DNA from: an uncultured Chitinophagaceae bacterium
GTDB lineage: Bacteria; Bacteroidota; Bacteroidia; Chitinophagales; Chitinophagaceae
DNA: 64,000 bases
NCBI GenBank assembly: GCA_947085245.1
Contig: CAMTVU010000086.1
Location: 9,393 to 73,392, forward strand
Direction of reading: 5' to 3'
Both the position numbers and the translations under genes were made by a program. Within the stretch, counting starts at the first letter, position 1, and every line of letters starts with the position of its first letter. Shown here in pieces: positions 7,596 through 18,451 of this stretch. Under the pieces are notes generated by a model that saw only the letters and a program-made list of their open reading frames with translations, made no database searches and was not told where the DNA came from.

Positions 7596-10190
7596 ATGAG
7601 ATTAAAAAAATCAAAACCAATGCTCCCAATAAAAACGACTGCAGGTTTTAAAAATTGCCTGTACAAAGTTATTCCGGTTCTTTCGTTCCTGCTGCTTGTT
7701 CTTTTTGCTGATGCACAAATTAAGCCAGTCACAGCTGAGGAAAGACAAAAAGGAATGATGGTACGAAAAGAACTGGAAAAGAAGTCATTGTTGAAAGATG
7801 CTAAGTTCCGCAATATTGGACCGAGTATTATGAGCGGGAGAGTAACGGATGTGGAGGTTAACCCCGAAGACCCTACTGAATTTTATGTGGCTTATGCAAG
7901 CGGTGGTTTGTGGTACAGCAAAAACAACGGGCAATCTTTTACTCCCATTTTCGACAATGAAGATGTAATGACCATTGGTGACATTGCTGTAAAATGGGTT
8001 GGCAGCCGCATCATCTGGATTGGCAGCGGTGAGGTAAACAGCAGCCGCTCTTCTTATGCAGGCAATGGTATTTACAAAAGCACAGACAATGGTAAAACAT
8101 GGGAATGGCTTGGGTTGCCTGAGAGTCATCACATTGGTAAAATTCAACTGCATCCTACCGATCTTAACACTGCATGGGTAGCCGCATTGGGTCATTTGTA
8201 TTCACCCAACAAAGAACGTGGTATTTATAAAACTACTGATGGTGGTAAAACATGGAAACAAACTTTGTTTATTGATGAAAATACCGGAGCAGTTGAAATG
8301 GATATGAACCCCAACAACCCAATGGAATTGTATGCAGCAGTTTGGTACCGCACACGCCGTGCATGGAAGTTTGAAGAAAGCGGAGCAACAAGCGGCATTT
8401 ATAAAAGTATTGATGGCGGTAATACATGGGCATTGATCAGTGGCCCGGGTAGTGGTTTTGCAGAAGGAAAAAAATTGGGAAGAATTGGATTGACAGTGTT
8501 TCCGCAAAATCCAAACATTGTGTATGCTGTTATTGATAATAACGAAGCAAGACTTGATACTTCAAAAAAAATGACTGTTGCTGATACAGGTTTGCAACTG
8601 AAAGATTTTAAAACCATGAGCAAGGATCAGTTCCTTGCAATGGAGGATAAGAAATTAGATTCATTTATGCGAAAGCAACGCTTCCCTTCAAAATATACGG
8701 CAGTTGTGGTAAAGGAAATGGTGAAGACAGATAAAATTCAACCCATTGCTTTGTGGGATTATTTTGATGCCGGTGATGATGGTTTCAGCAATACTGCCAT
8801 CAAAGGTTGCGAAGTTTATCGCAGTGAGGATGCCGGCAAAACCTGGAAGAAAACACATGAAAAGCCAATTGCAACTTTTAATACGTATGGTTACTACTTC
8901 GCCAAAATTTATACATCGCACACAAACCCTGATAAAGTTTTTATTCTTGGGTACAATGCCATGTTGAGTACAGATGGCGGAAAAAATTTTAAAGTCATTG
9001 ATAAAGCAAACGTACATGCCGATCATCATGCGTTATGGGTAAATCCCAAAAGAGATACACACATCATCAATGGAAATGATGGTGGATTAAATATTTCTTA
9101 TGATGATGGAGAAAACTGGTTTAAAGCCAACTCACCATCAGTTGGCCAGTTTTATGCAATTACTGTTGATGATGCTAAACCTTACAATGTATATGGTGGT
9201 TTGCAGGATAACGGCACATGGCATGGCCCATCAACCAATAAAGAAAGCAGCGACTGGCACGACAGCGGCAATTATCCATTCAAAGCTTTAAATGGTGGCG
9301 ATGGCATGCAGGTACAGGTTGATACAAGGGATAATACAACCGTTTATACGGGTTACCAGTTTGGAGTTTATGTAAGAAGTGATCGGATAAAAGGAATGAA
9401 TCAGCAAAGAGTGAATGTTCGTCCAACGCATGAATTGGGAGAAAAGCCCTTGCGGTTTAACTGGCAAACACCCATCCTGTTATCAAAACACAACCAGGAT
9501 GTTTTCTATTATGGAAGCAATCGTTTTCACCGCAGTTTTAATAAAGGAGAAAATTCTGTAAACCTTGGTGCCGATCTTACCGGAGGAAAGAAAGAGGGCA
9601 ATGTGCCTTTTGGAACTTTGGTAACCATAAGTGAATCGCCTTTGCGTTTTGGATTAATTTATACAGGAAGCGATGATGGTATGATTCATGTTACCAAAGA
9701 TGGCGGTTATTCTTGGACAGCAGTTCATACAAAACTTCCTAAGAATGTACAGGGATTGTATGTGAGCCGGTTAATTGCATCGAAGTATAAAGAAGGAAGA
9801 GTGTATGTTTCATTAAACGGATACCGTAACGATCATTTTTCTGCTTATGTTTTTGTGAGTGAAGATTATGGAACAACATGGAAGCAAATTTGTACTGATC
9901 TTCCTGCAGAGCCGGTGAATGTGGTGAAAGAAGATCCCAAAGCGGAGAATCTTTTGTACATCGGTACAGATCATGGATTGTATGTATCAGTTGATGGCGG
10001 TATAAGTTCAATGGCATGGATGAGCGGTTTACCAAGAGTGGCTGTTCATGATATTGCCATCCAGGAAAGGGAAAATGAAATTGTGCTGGGTACGCATGGC
10101 CGCAGTATTTACATTGCATCGCTTACGGAAGTGCAGAAGCTGGCAACAGATAAAACTTATTATGAAAAGAAGAAAGGGGAGTTGAAGTAA
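7596..10190 (+). CDS. BNR/Sortilin-Vps10-type beta-propeller repeat protein (secreted)
   Basis: Multiple SxDxGxTW BNR motifs (STDNGKTW, TTDGGKTWK, SIDGGNTW, SEDAGKTW, SEDYGTTW). 864 aa with a signal-like N-terminus. Confidence 0.8.
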   Translation: MRLKKSKPMLPIKTTAGFKNCLYKVIPVLSFLLLVLFADAQIKPVTAEERQKGMMVRKELEKKSLLKDAKFRNIGPSIMSGRVTDVEVNPEDPTEFYVAYASGGLWYSKNNGQSFTPIFDNEDVMTIGDIAVKWVGSRIIWIGSGEVNSSRSSYAGNGIYKSTDNGKTWEWLGLPESHHIGKIQLHPTDLNTAWVAALGHLYSPNKERGIYKTTDGGKTWKQTLFIDENTGAVEMDMNPNNPMELYAAVWYRTRRAWKFEESGATSGIYKSIDGGNTWALISGPGSGFAEGKKLGRIGLTVFPQNPNIVYAVIDNNEARLDTSKKMTVADTGLQLKDFKTMSKDQFLAMEDKKLDSFMRKQRFPSKYTAVVVKEMVKTDKIQPIALWDYFDAGDDGFSNTAIKGCEVYRSEDAGKTWKKTHEKPIATFNTYGYYFAKIYTSHTNPDKVFILGYNAMLSTDGGKNFKVIDKANVHADHHALWVNPKRDTHIINGNDGGLNISYDDGENWFKANSPSVGQFYAITVDDAKPYNVYGGLQDNGTWHGPSTNKESSDWHDSGNYPFKALNGGDGMQVQVDTRDNTTVYTGYQFGVYVRSDRIKGMNQQRVNVRPTHELGEKPLRFNWQTPILLSKHNQDVFYYGSNRFHRSFNKGENSVNLGADLTGGKKEGNVPFGTLVTISESPLRFGLIYTGSDDGMIHVTKDGGYSWTAVHTKLPKNVQGLYVSRLIASKYKEGRVYVSLNGYRNDHFSAYVFVSEDYGTTWKQICTDLPAEPVNVVKEDPKAENLLYIGTDHGLYVSVDGGISSMAWMSGLPRVAVHDIAIQERENEIVLGTHGRSIYIASLTEVQKLATDKTYYEKKKGELK

Positions 10191-10200
10191 GCAGTTAAAA

Positions 10201-10259
10201 CCTCCGGGGTTTGTAAACAAGGTTTGCAAATTCATCAGAGATTGTAAAAACCCCGGAGG
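10201..10259. repeat. Long-loop hairpin CCTCCGGGG ... CCCCGGAGG, each arm followed by TTTGTAAA
   Basis: 9-bp GC-rich arms 41 nt apart, just after the 10190 stop. Possible terminator or repeat word. Confidence 0.4.
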
Positions 10260-10398
10260 TTTGTAAATTTATCCTTTGTGAACTTTGTGCCTTCTTAGTG
10301 TCCTTTGTGGTAAAATGTATTTTTGTTTTTAGATGTTCCCTAAATTGAAATACGTAATTTAGTAGAGCAAAATTGTAATTTTTTTATACAAAAATGGA

Positions 10399-10629
10399 AT
10401 GAATTCTTTAGTCACTAAAACACCTCTTGCAACTAAAATATGGTTTACCAATGATAAGTTTCATTTATTGTTGGAAGATGGGAGAGAAATAGCTATTCCA
10501 ATAGAAAGGTTCCCTTCATTAACTAAGGCAACCGAGGCCCAGCGAAATAACTGGCGTTTGATTGGCGATGGTGAAGGTATTCACTGGGCTGATCTGGATG
10601 AAGATATTTTGGTGGAAGGTCTTCTGTAA
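10399..10629 (+). CDS. DUF2442-family small protein
   Basis: ...GEGIHWADLDEDILVEGLL C-terminus is typical of DUF2442. AT-rich. No DUF4160 partner is visible. Confidence 0.6.
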   Translation: MNSLVTKTPLATKIWFTNDKFHLLLEDGREIAIPIERFPSLTKATEAQRNNWRLIGDGEGIHWADLDEDILVEGLL

Positions 10630-10706
10630 GTCATTTGTACCTCTGTATTTAATAGTTGCAGTTGCCACAGTTTTTCAAATTAAATCATCACCTAAAAAAA
10701 TAACAC

Positions 10707-11216
10707 ATGAAACGTTTAGTTACATTATTGCCCATGTTCATTCTTTTGATTTCAATTACTGCCTGCGGCCAAAATACCAAACCAAGTCCGCCAGCTTCAA
10801 CGGAATTTAAAGTTGGAACGGCTACTATTAAAATCAGCTATAGTGCACCTTCTGTAAAAGGAAGAGAAATATGGGGCAAATTGGTTCCTTACGACCAGGT
10901 ATGGCGTACCGGTGCCAATGAAGCCACTACATTTGAAACAGATCAGGATATTAAAGTAGAAGGGCAGGCTTTGCCAAAAGGTAAGTATGCACTGTTCACC
11001 ATTCCCGGTAAAGATGAGTGGGTGATCATCTTCAATAAAAAAGCAGAACAATGGGGTGCTTTCAGTTACAAACAATCGGATGATGCGTTGAGAGTAAATG
11101 TGCGTCCCGGCTTATCCAATGCGTTTAATGAAGTGATGAAGATAGAAGGCAGGGTAGATGGCAGCGTTTCCATTCTATGGGAAAAATTAGAAGTTATTTT
11201 TACAGTAAGTCAGTAA
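10707..11216 (+). CDS. DUF2911-family secreted protein
   Basis: Lipoprotein-like signal (ITAC). The WRTGANEATTFETDQDIKVEG block is typical of DUF2911. Confidence 0.7.
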   Translation: MKRLVTLLPMFILLISITACGQNTKPSPPASTEFKVGTATIKISYSAPSVKGREIWGKLVPYDQVWRTGANEATTFETDQDIKVEGQALPKGKYALFTIPGKDEWVIIFNKKAEQWGAFSYKQSDDALRVNVRPGLSNAFNEVMKIEGRVDGSVSILWEKLEVIFTVSQ

Positions 11217-11240
11217 TTCAAATACCCATCAATGTGTACC

Positions 11241-11270
11241 ATCCCTCCCGATGTTTCGGGAGGGATTTTT
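11241..11270 (+). terminator. Rho-independent terminator
   Basis: ATCCCTCCCG-ATGTTT-CGGGAGGGAT followed by a T-run. Confidence 0.75.
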
Positions 11271-11342
11271 CATTCCACAGTTTTTCCACAAAACTCTGCG
11301 GCAGGAAATCCCTCTGTTTTTAATAAGTAGTTTGCAGGCTGT

Positions 11343-12221
11343 ATGAAAGATACAAGAACCATTTTGCTTTTAGTAGTATCCCTGTGTTTGGTTGGAACAT
11401 GGGTTTATCATCTTTACGACAAGAGCAAATATGGAATTGTTCCTCCCGTTGAAATAAAAAAAGATACAACTGCAAATCAAACAGCCATCAATGATTCACT
11501 GCGTTTGAAATATGCCGGTACATTACTTCAGCTTGGGTCAACACAAATTGGCAAAGACTCTCTCAACACAGAGCTCACACATAAGATAACAGAGATTGAC
11601 AGTTTGCGAAATGAAATCAACGCCATCCTTAACATCAATCATATAACTAAGGAAGACCTGAGAAAGGCCGAAGAAAAGATTCAGCAACTTCAACAAAAGA
11701 TGTTGGCAACCAACAAATCCAACACAGAAACAAAAGCAAACCTTGTAAACAGCAGTACAACTTCTGGCGGAACATCAACACAGGCACCAATAAAAACTAC
11801 AGCGCCCGATAAGCAGGAAACAGCTCCATCTTATTTAAATGCATTCAACATCAGCTTCAGGGCCATGCAGGCCGATGCTAAAGAACAAAGCACAACCAAA
11901 GCCAATGCAGCAGGGTTTTTTATCGTTTCGTGTCAGTTGCAAAATAGTATCGCTTCGTTTACTGATGCGGAAGTATATATGGTATTTACCGATCCCGAAG
12001 GCAATGTAATACAGGACGACCAGTGGCAGGCAGGTATGTTTTCATCAAAGAACAGCGGGCGTATCCCTTATACCCGCAAGAATAATTTCATTTATACAAA
12101 AGGCGAGGTAAAAAGAATTACAGTCAATTTAAAGCCTGCAGAATTTATACAAGGCACTTACAGTTTGCAGATCTTTCATAATGGATCAAGGATAGGCAAA
12201 GCTGATTTGCGGCTGAATTGA
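11343..12221 (+). CDS. Hypothetical membrane-anchored coiled-coil protein
   Basis: N-terminal TM helix, heptad-like segment (EIDSLRNEINAIL...EEKIQQLQQKM), Ser/Thr-rich linker, C-terminal beta-rich region. Confidence 0.5.
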   Translation: MKDTRTILLLVVSLCLVGTWVYHLYDKSKYGIVPPVEIKKDTTANQTAINDSLRLKYAGTLLQLGSTQIGKDSLNTELTHKITEIDSLRNEINAILNINHITKEDLRKAEEKIQQLQQKMLATNKSNTETKANLVNSSTTSGGTSTQAPIKTTAPDKQETAPSYLNAFNISFRAMQADAKEQSTTKANAAGFFIVSCQLQNSIASFTDAEVYMVFTDPEGNVIQDDQWQAGMFSSKNSGRIPYTRKNNFIYTKGEVKRITVNLKPAEFIQGTYSLQIFHNGSRIGKADLRLN

Positions 12222-12325
12222 GTTGCATTTCATTCAGCTTACTTAATCACATTTTTTTCACAGTTATTTGATCAGCGCTCTGTTTGGGATGAGGTAGCAG
12301 ATGTTTATATTAACTTTGCAACACC

Positions 12326-13474
12326 ATGCACACAAAAAACATCAGCCAACTCCTTGCGGTCAGTTTCCTTTTTCTTTTTTCATGGGCATTTGGTTTCGCT
12401 CAAACAAATACAAAAACAAAATACAGCACACCCAATATCTATGCAGGTATTGAAGTAGGTTCAAAAGGTGTAAAGATGAGCATTCTTGAAATAAAGAAAA
12501 ATCCGGAGAACGGAAATACATTTACAATTCTCAAAGACACATCTGTAAATACAGATTTTATTTCGTTTACTAAACCAACTTATGATGCCACGCTGAATGG
12601 CTTAATGGGGTTGTTCAACTCTGCACTTACCAATTACAAAATTCCCTCCAGGCGCATCTTTACTGTGATCAGCAGCGGCGTAAAGGTTCAGTCAGAAAAA
12701 GAAAAAAAAGATGCATGGGTTGAAAACTTTACAAAAGAGTTCAGGGAAAAAATAAAAGAACCCCAGCGAAAAGTGGAAGTTGTGAGTGTAATGCAGGAGG
12801 CCCGGCTGTCGCATCTTGGTATTGTTCCAACGGCAAGAAGATACAATACATTTTTGATTGATATTGGAAGCGGTAATACCAAGGGTGGGTTTTTTCCGTA
12901 TGGGAATGACAGTGAGTTTTATTTATTCCAGTTATCATGGGGAACAAAGAGCACGGCTAATGCTGCAGAGAAAATGTGTGGGGAGGATAAATCACAAACC
13001 AACTACAACCGCCAATTAATGCGTGTGGCAGCAGGGGCAGAAAATTCGGAGATCATTTATGCGGTAAATACAAGTGGCAGTTATCCGTTGAGTGATTACG
13101 TTGCTTTCAGCGGTGGTATTGCATGGGCAACGGCAACATTAATTTATCCTGAGTTGAATAATAATGCCGTTATACCTGTTACGTATGAAGAGGTGGAGCG
13201 ATTTGCAAAACGGCTTTCAGAAAATTATTCTTCTTTGTCAGAAGCTTACCTGGTAGGTAAGATGGGCGATGGCAAATGGGACAGGAAAGTTATTTCTTCT
13301 GAAATTAAAAGAGTTCATTCTGTTTTTGATCAGCGTTCGTTAATGGCCGGCACTGCGTTGTTGTTACGTATCATGCGCCAGTTTAAATCAGTTACTGAAA
13401 CCAAACAGTTTTATCTTATTAAAAACGGTCAGGTAGGCTGGGTATCGGCTTATGTAGATCAGTTGGTGGATTAA
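12326..13474 (+). CDS. Secreted hypothetical protein with ASKHA (Ppx/GppA or NTPDase-like) phosphate-binding motifs
   Basis: Signal peptide. AGIEVGSKGVKMSILE and FLIDIGSGNTKGG resemble the phosphate 1 and phosphate 2 motifs of the actin-like ATPase fold. Confidence 0.45.
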   Translation: MHTKNISQLLAVSFLFLFSWAFGFAQTNTKTKYSTPNIYAGIEVGSKGVKMSILEIKKNPENGNTFTILKDTSVNTDFISFTKPTYDATLNGLMGLFNSALTNYKIPSRRIFTVISSGVKVQSEKEKKDAWVENFTKEFREKIKEPQRKVEVVSVMQEARLSHLGIVPTARRYNTFLIDIGSGNTKGGFFPYGNDSEFYLFQLSWGTKSTANAAEKMCGEDKSQTNYNRQLMRVAAGAENSEIIYAVNTSGSYPLSDYVAFSGGIAWATATLIYPELNNNAVIPVTYEEVERFAKRLSENYSSLSEAYLVGKMGDGKWDRKVISSEIKRVHSVFDQRSLMAGTALLLRIMRQFKSVTETKQFYLIKNGQVGWVSAYVDQLVD

Positions 13475-13484
13475 GGCTGTTTTA

Positions 13485-15104
13485 TCAATCAGTAAAATAC
13501 AACGAAGACCAGTTGATTTCCCTTCTTTGTTTTACAAGTATTGAATCGGCTGCAATTCTTAACTCCTGTTCAGTAAGGTTGGAAAAGGCTGAACGGTTTG
13601 TTTGCATGGTATTGAGTAATTGTATTTCATAGTTAACAGAATCCTTCTTCAATAAAAAACGATCCCAGAAAAAACGCTTCACAGGTTTGTAAACCGGGTG
13701 GATATTTCTGATCTCATCACCAATAATATAATAGTAGTCAATATCTGCTAACTGATCATCTGCTGCATCGGTTCTCACAATTTTTGAAATACAGCGGTTA
13801 TAGAAATGATTGTTATACACATTAAATGAATGGATGAACAGCCAGTTAACAGCTGTTTTATTTGATGTGGTTGAATCGGAACAGATCGTTAACAGCGCCT
13901 GTTTGCTGCTGGCATCGTACCACCATTCACGGCAGGATTTGAAATTAAACGACAAACAGAATTGTGCAATAAAAACCGCTGACAGCAATATCCAATAGCT
14001 CTTACCTGCAGTTCTGTACTTCTCCTTTAGCCATGAAGCGGACGCAACAAGAAAGCTGAGCAGAATGGGAATATAAAGCGTTGCTTTTCTTCCATCAATA
14101 TAAAATGTATGCAGCAGATGGCGTTGAGCAATAGTGGCTGCAATTATAATTACTATCAACAGAAGTGAAAGCAGGCTTGCTTTTGCATGAAAGGTTGCAA
14201 AGGCATTTTTTTTGTAACGTAAAAAATGCCTGGTGAACAGTAAACAACAAATGCCCGTCAAAAGAATCAGGAAGAAAGTAATGATTTGTGCTGATTGCTC
14301 CTGGTCAGTTAAATAAAATGAATGCCCGTACAGCAGATCATTGATGAAACTTTTAAACGAAGTGATCCATTCAGAGGCTCCCCATCTGAATTCATCCTGA
14401 GTGCGTAAATAGCTGATGGGCTTGTAAATGAGCAGGGTGAGAAAGATGGCAATGGCGAATGGATATAAATTGATACTCAGTAATGATTTTAAAAGTGATT
14501 TTCCATTCTCTTTGCTGAAAAAAAGTACAGTTCCGCAATTCAGCAAAAGCCACAACCCAAGATAAACATTCAGCCAGGTAAAATTGGAGTAAACTGCCAG
14601 CGCTGCAAAAATGAAGGAGAGAGATAAATATTTTTTTTCAGCAGAATGAAAATAACCAACCAATAATACAAATGCAGGCAACGTAAATGCATTGGCCATA
14701 CCGTAACCACGGGCCAGGGAAAAAAAATCGAGGAGGTAAGGAACAGAACAAAGAATGATGATACCTGCAATTCTTACCGGGAAGCTTTTGGTAAGCCGGT
14801 TCATATACCAAACAGCAGCAGCAAAATAAAAAACAAACAGTAACACATTTGGCAGACGGATGCTCCATTCCTTCCAGCCAAATAATAATACACTCCATTT
14901 CATGAGGATGGAGTTGAGAATATGATTATTTGCTGTATGAAATTGGGTGGGGGCAAACATGATGTCGGCAAGCGGAACAAACACCAGGTCTGTGGTTGCA
15001 CTTTCATCATGTGTTAGTGACAGAAGAGCAGCACGTTGAACTATATAGAAGAACAGCAGTAAACCAAGTAACAGAATACTTATCGGGTAAATTGTTTTCC
15101 GCAT
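13485..15104 (-). CDS. GT-C fold membrane glycosyltransferase (GT39/ArnT-like)
   Basis: More than 10 predicted TM segments. First-loop THDES (DE-type) motif and a NNHILNS segment as in the ArnT/PMT family. Confidence 0.55.
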   Translation of the reverse strand: MRKTIYPISILLLGLLLFFYIVQRAALLSLTHDESATTDLVFVPLADIMFAPTQFHTANNHILNSILMKWSVLLFGWKEWSIRLPNVLLFVFYFAAAVWYMNRLTKSFPVRIAGIIILCSVPYLLDFFSLARGYGMANAFTLPAFVLLVGYFHSAEKKYLSLSFIFAALAVYSNFTWLNVYLGLWLLLNCGTVLFFSKENGKSLLKSLLSINLYPFAIAIFLTLLIYKPISYLRTQDEFRWGASEWITSFKSFINDLLYGHSFYLTDQEQSAQIITFFLILLTGICCLLFTRHFLRYKKNAFATFHAKASLLSLLLIVIIIAATIAQRHLLHTFYIDGRKATLYIPILLSFLVASASWLKEKYRTAGKSYWILLSAVFIAQFCLSFNFKSCREWWYDASSKQALLTICSDSTTSNKTAVNWLFIHSFNVYNNHFYNRCISKIVRTDAADDQLADIDYYYIIGDEIRNIHPVYKPVKRFFWDRFLLKKDSVNYEIQLLNTMQTNRSAFSNLTEQELRIAADSILVKQRREINWSSLYFTD

Positions 15105-15137
15105 ACGTGAAGATAACCTGTTTACTAAAGTTGGTGG

Positions 15138-17375
15138 TTATTTACCAAATTTTTTCTTCAACGCATTCAATGCATCGTTTACACTCATATTGCTTAAGTC
15201 TTCTTCTTTCTTTTTAAATCCTGTTCCGTTACTTTTTGGTTTGCCTGTTCTTGCAGGTGCATCCTGTGTTTGTTTAATGGATAAAGCAATACGTTTTCTT
15301 ACCAGGTCAACTTCCACCACTTTCACCATCACTTTATCATTCAACTTTAATTTTTCTGCAGGATCTGTAATATAGTCGTGTGAAATTTCTGATACATGCA
15401 CCAGTCCATCCTGCTTTACGCCAATGTCAACAAACGCACCAAAGCGTGTAAGATTGGTTACAATGCCGGGAATTACCATGCCCGGATGAACTTCTTCCAT
15501 TTTAAAAATATTGGCATACTCAAATACCTGTGCCTCACTGCGGGGATCAAGTCCCGGTTTTACCAATTCTTTTAAAATATCATGGATGGTTAATTCACCA
15601 AACTGTTCATTTACATATTTCTTTGATGCAATTTGTTTGATGTTTGTTTCATTGCCGATAAAGTCTTCCACTTTTAATTGCAGATCAGTTGCCATTTTTT
15701 CAACTACTGAATATGCTTCAGGATGCACGGCACTTTTATCCAATGCATTTTCACCATCAGGAATACGTAAGAAGCCTGCACATTGTTCAAATGCTTTTTC
15801 ACCAAGTCTCGGCACTTTCAATAATTGTTTTCGATTTTTAAACCGGCCAATTTCATTTCTGTATTTCACAATATTTTCTGCAATACTGCTGTTGATGCCA
15901 CTCACATAACCCAGTAAATGTTTACTGGCAGTGTTGAGATTAACGCCTACCTGGTTTACACAACTCACAACTGTTTGATCCAATCGTTCTTTCAAACGCA
16001 GTTGATTTACATCATGCTGGTACTGCCCCACACCAATACTCTTGGGATCAATCTTCACCATTTCTGCTAATGGGTCCATTAATCTTCTTCCAATACTTAT
16101 TGCACCACGAACAGTTATATCCTTATCAGGAAATTCTTCTCTTGCCACTTCGCTTGCACTGTAAACAGAAGCACCATCTTCATTCACTAAAAAGATGGGC
16201 AGACCAAGATTTAATTTTTTGATGAACTGTTCCGTTTCTCTTCCTGCTGTTCCATCCCCAATGGCAAATACCTGTGTGTTAAATGCATTCACCAGGTGAC
16301 GGATGGTATTTTCAGATGAATATATTTTGCCCGGCTCATGGATATAGATGAGATCAGTTGTTTGCAGTTCACCTTTCTCATCTAAGCAAACAATTTTACA
16401 ACCGGAACGATAGCCCGGATCAATTGCAAGGATGCGTTTACTTCCCAACGGACTGCTCAACAATAGCTGGCGAAGATTTTCAGCAAATACATTGATAGCA
16501 TCTTCATCGCCTTTTTGTTTTAGCTGCGAACGGAATTCTGTTTCAAGGCTTGGCTGCAATAATCGTTTATATGCATCTTTGATGGCTTTCTTTACATGGG
16601 CACTGCTTTCATTCATGCCTTTTACAAATTGTTCTTCCATCAACTCAATTGCAGGTTCTTCTTCCGGCTCAATACTCATTTTTAAAATACTCTCTGTAAA
16701 TCCACGCAAGATTGCAAGAATGCGGTGCGATGGAATTTTATGCACCGGTTCGCTGAAAGCAAAGTAATCTTTAAACTTTATGCCTTCCGTTTCTTTATCT
16801 TTCAGTACAGTGCTTTTTACAAGAGCCCGGTCTTCAAAAAATTTGCGGAGCTTGGCACGAACTGTTGCATCTTCATTCACCTGTTCTGCAATAATATCTC
16901 TTGCGCCCTGCAATGCTTCCTCAACAGTTTTTATTTTTTCGTTGATGAAGGTGGCAGCCTGTTCATTAACATTCCTTTCTTTTTGCTCAAGCAGCCAAAC
17001 AGACAAAGGCTCCAAACCATTTTCTCTTGCTGCTTGCGCTTTTGTTTTGCGTTTGGGTTTGTAGGGGAGATAAATATCTTCCAGTTCATTGAGTGTTGAA
17101 ACTTTATCCAGGCTTTGCTGAAGTGCTTCCGTCATTTTTCCCTGTTCGGTGATGGTTTTTTCAATGAAGGCTTTCCGCTCAGTAAATTCTTTTAAAAATT
17201 TTGATTGATCCTGTATCTGCTGAATGGCAACTTCATCGAGGTTGCCGGTTTTATCTTTCCGGTAACGGGCAATAAAAGGAATGGTTGCACCTTCTTCAAA
17301 CATCTGCATTACTGCTTCTACCTGCTGCACACGCAGGCTCAACAGGCCTGCAATCTTCAATGAAAAATCAGTCAT
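15138..17375 (-). CDS. tex: Transcription accessory protein Tex (S1 RNA-binding domain)
   Basis: 745 aa. IPFIARYRKDKTGNLDE N-terminus, YqgF-like centre, C-terminal S1 domain (GMVIPGIVTNLTRFGAFVDIG). Confidence 0.92.
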   Translation of the reverse strand: MTDFSLKIAGLLSLRVQQVEAVMQMFEEGATIPFIARYRKDKTGNLDEVAIQQIQDQSKFLKEFTERKAFIEKTITEQGKMTEALQQSLDKVSTLNELEDIYLPYKPKRKTKAQAARENGLEPLSVWLLEQKERNVNEQAATFINEKIKTVEEALQGARDIIAEQVNEDATVRAKLRKFFEDRALVKSTVLKDKETEGIKFKDYFAFSEPVHKIPSHRILAILRGFTESILKMSIEPEEEPAIELMEEQFVKGMNESSAHVKKAIKDAYKRLLQPSLETEFRSQLKQKGDEDAINVFAENLRQLLLSSPLGSKRILAIDPGYRSGCKIVCLDEKGELQTTDLIYIHEPGKIYSSENTIRHLVNAFNTQVFAIGDGTAGRETEQFIKKLNLGLPIFLVNEDGASVYSASEVAREEFPDKDITVRGAISIGRRLMDPLAEMVKIDPKSIGVGQYQHDVNQLRLKERLDQTVVSCVNQVGVNLNTASKHLLGYVSGINSSIAENIVKYRNEIGRFKNRKQLLKVPRLGEKAFEQCAGFLRIPDGENALDKSAVHPEAYSVVEKMATDLQLKVEDFIGNETNIKQIASKKYVNEQFGELTIHDILKELVKPGLDPRSEAQVFEYANIFKMEEVHPGMVIPGIVTNLTRFGAFVDIGVKQDGLVHVSEISHDYITDPAEKLKLNDKVMVKVVEVDLVRKRIALSIKQTQDAPARTGKPKSNGTGFKKKEEDLSNMSVNDALNALKKKFGK

Positions 17376-17524
17376 TGTATCGTTGTCATTTATTTATTTA
17401 AAATCAGGGTTGCGAATATAAGGCTGTGGCTGAACAAAAAAAATTTGGAAAAACGGGTAACAGGTAAAAGGAAGGATTGATATACTTATACAACAACAAT
17501 CTTTCATCATTTAAATTTTTGGTT

Positions 17525-18379
17525 ATGAAAAACTTACTTTTCAAATCAGCACTTCTTGCAGTTTTTTTCATCCTCTTTTCTGTTTCCTGTAAAAAAAATG
17601 AAGGAATTAAAAAAGAGTATGTAATACAAATGAAACCTGTTTATTCATCTGTTTCTGAATTTAAACAGGGAATTGTATTAGTGATCAATCAACTCAGGAA
17701 CAATCACATTTACGCTTACTCAGACACATTGCCCAACGGCAAGCCCGATGTTTACGGTCGCAGGCAACCGCTTGAATATTTTGGCTATCAGATTTTGGAG
17801 AAGCTTGATGGCGGCGAGCAGCAGCTTAAAAGCGCAGTGTATGATGTGTTTCATTTTGATGGAGCAACCTTCTCACTCATCTCTTTCATCATGAAAGCGC
17901 AGATGGTGGGAGATATCAGCGCTCAAACCATGATCAACATTCTGTCTCAAATTCCATTGCCTCCTTTTGCAGTGGTTGGTTTCCAGGCACCTGAAGCTCC
18001 TGTAATACCAATTGCTGTAGTTGATGATTGCTGCGATCATTGCAACCCCTCTATTAAAATTTTGGTTACATGGACGTACAAAGCACCTTGCGGAAATTAT
18101 GAAAAAGAAACAAGCGGCTATGCTGCAGGCAACACATTAACCAATATGAGTGGTGGTAAAGCGTATCGTTTTGATGCAGAGATTACAGGTTGCGATTGCC
18201 CCGGTGGAGTATTAACCAGTACCGTAACAACACCAGCAGGTGCTTCTTATGCAACCGGACCAACAGCAAATGGTGGAGTAATGCTGTTCCCTCAGTCATC
18301 AGGCACTTATACCGTTACATTTACTTACAAAGTATGTGGTAAAACAGTAACAAAAACTTTTACCTTATCAATTAAATAG
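17525..18379 (+). CDS. Hypothetical lipoprotein with Cys-rich C-terminal half
   Basis: Start moved to MKNLLFKS. Lipobox-like FSVSC. DDCCDHCNP / GCDCPGG cysteine clusters. No family recognised. Confidence 0.5.
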   Translation: MKNLLFKSALLAVFFILFSVSCKKNEGIKKEYVIQMKPVYSSVSEFKQGIVLVINQLRNNHIYAYSDTLPNGKPDVYGRRQPLEYFGYQILEKLDGGEQQLKSAVYDVFHFDGATFSLISFIMKAQMVGDISAQTMINILSQIPLPPFAVVGFQAPEAPVIPIAVVDDCCDHCNPSIKILVTWTYKAPCGNYEKETSGYAAGNTLTNMSGGKAYRFDAEITGCDCPGGVLTSTVTTPAGASYATGPTANGGVMLFPQSSGTYTVTFTYKVCGKTVTKTFTLSIK

Positions 18380-18400
18380 CTTTCGGAATTAAATGTTTAA

Positions 18401-18431
18401 ACCGGCAAGTATAAAACGTTGCCGGTTTTTT
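18401..18431. terminator. Bidirectional Rho-independent terminator between convergent genes
   Basis: ACCGGCAA-loop-TTGCCGGT followed by T6. Confidence 0.7.
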
Positions 18432-18451
18432 AATGCGGAGGTTTTTCGGAT

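Noticed and set aside
10399-10629. DUF2442 gene as half of a DUF4160/DUF2442 two-gene module.
   Set aside because: No DUF4160-like ORF is present in the 200 bp upstream or downstream, so only an orphan small gene can be reported.
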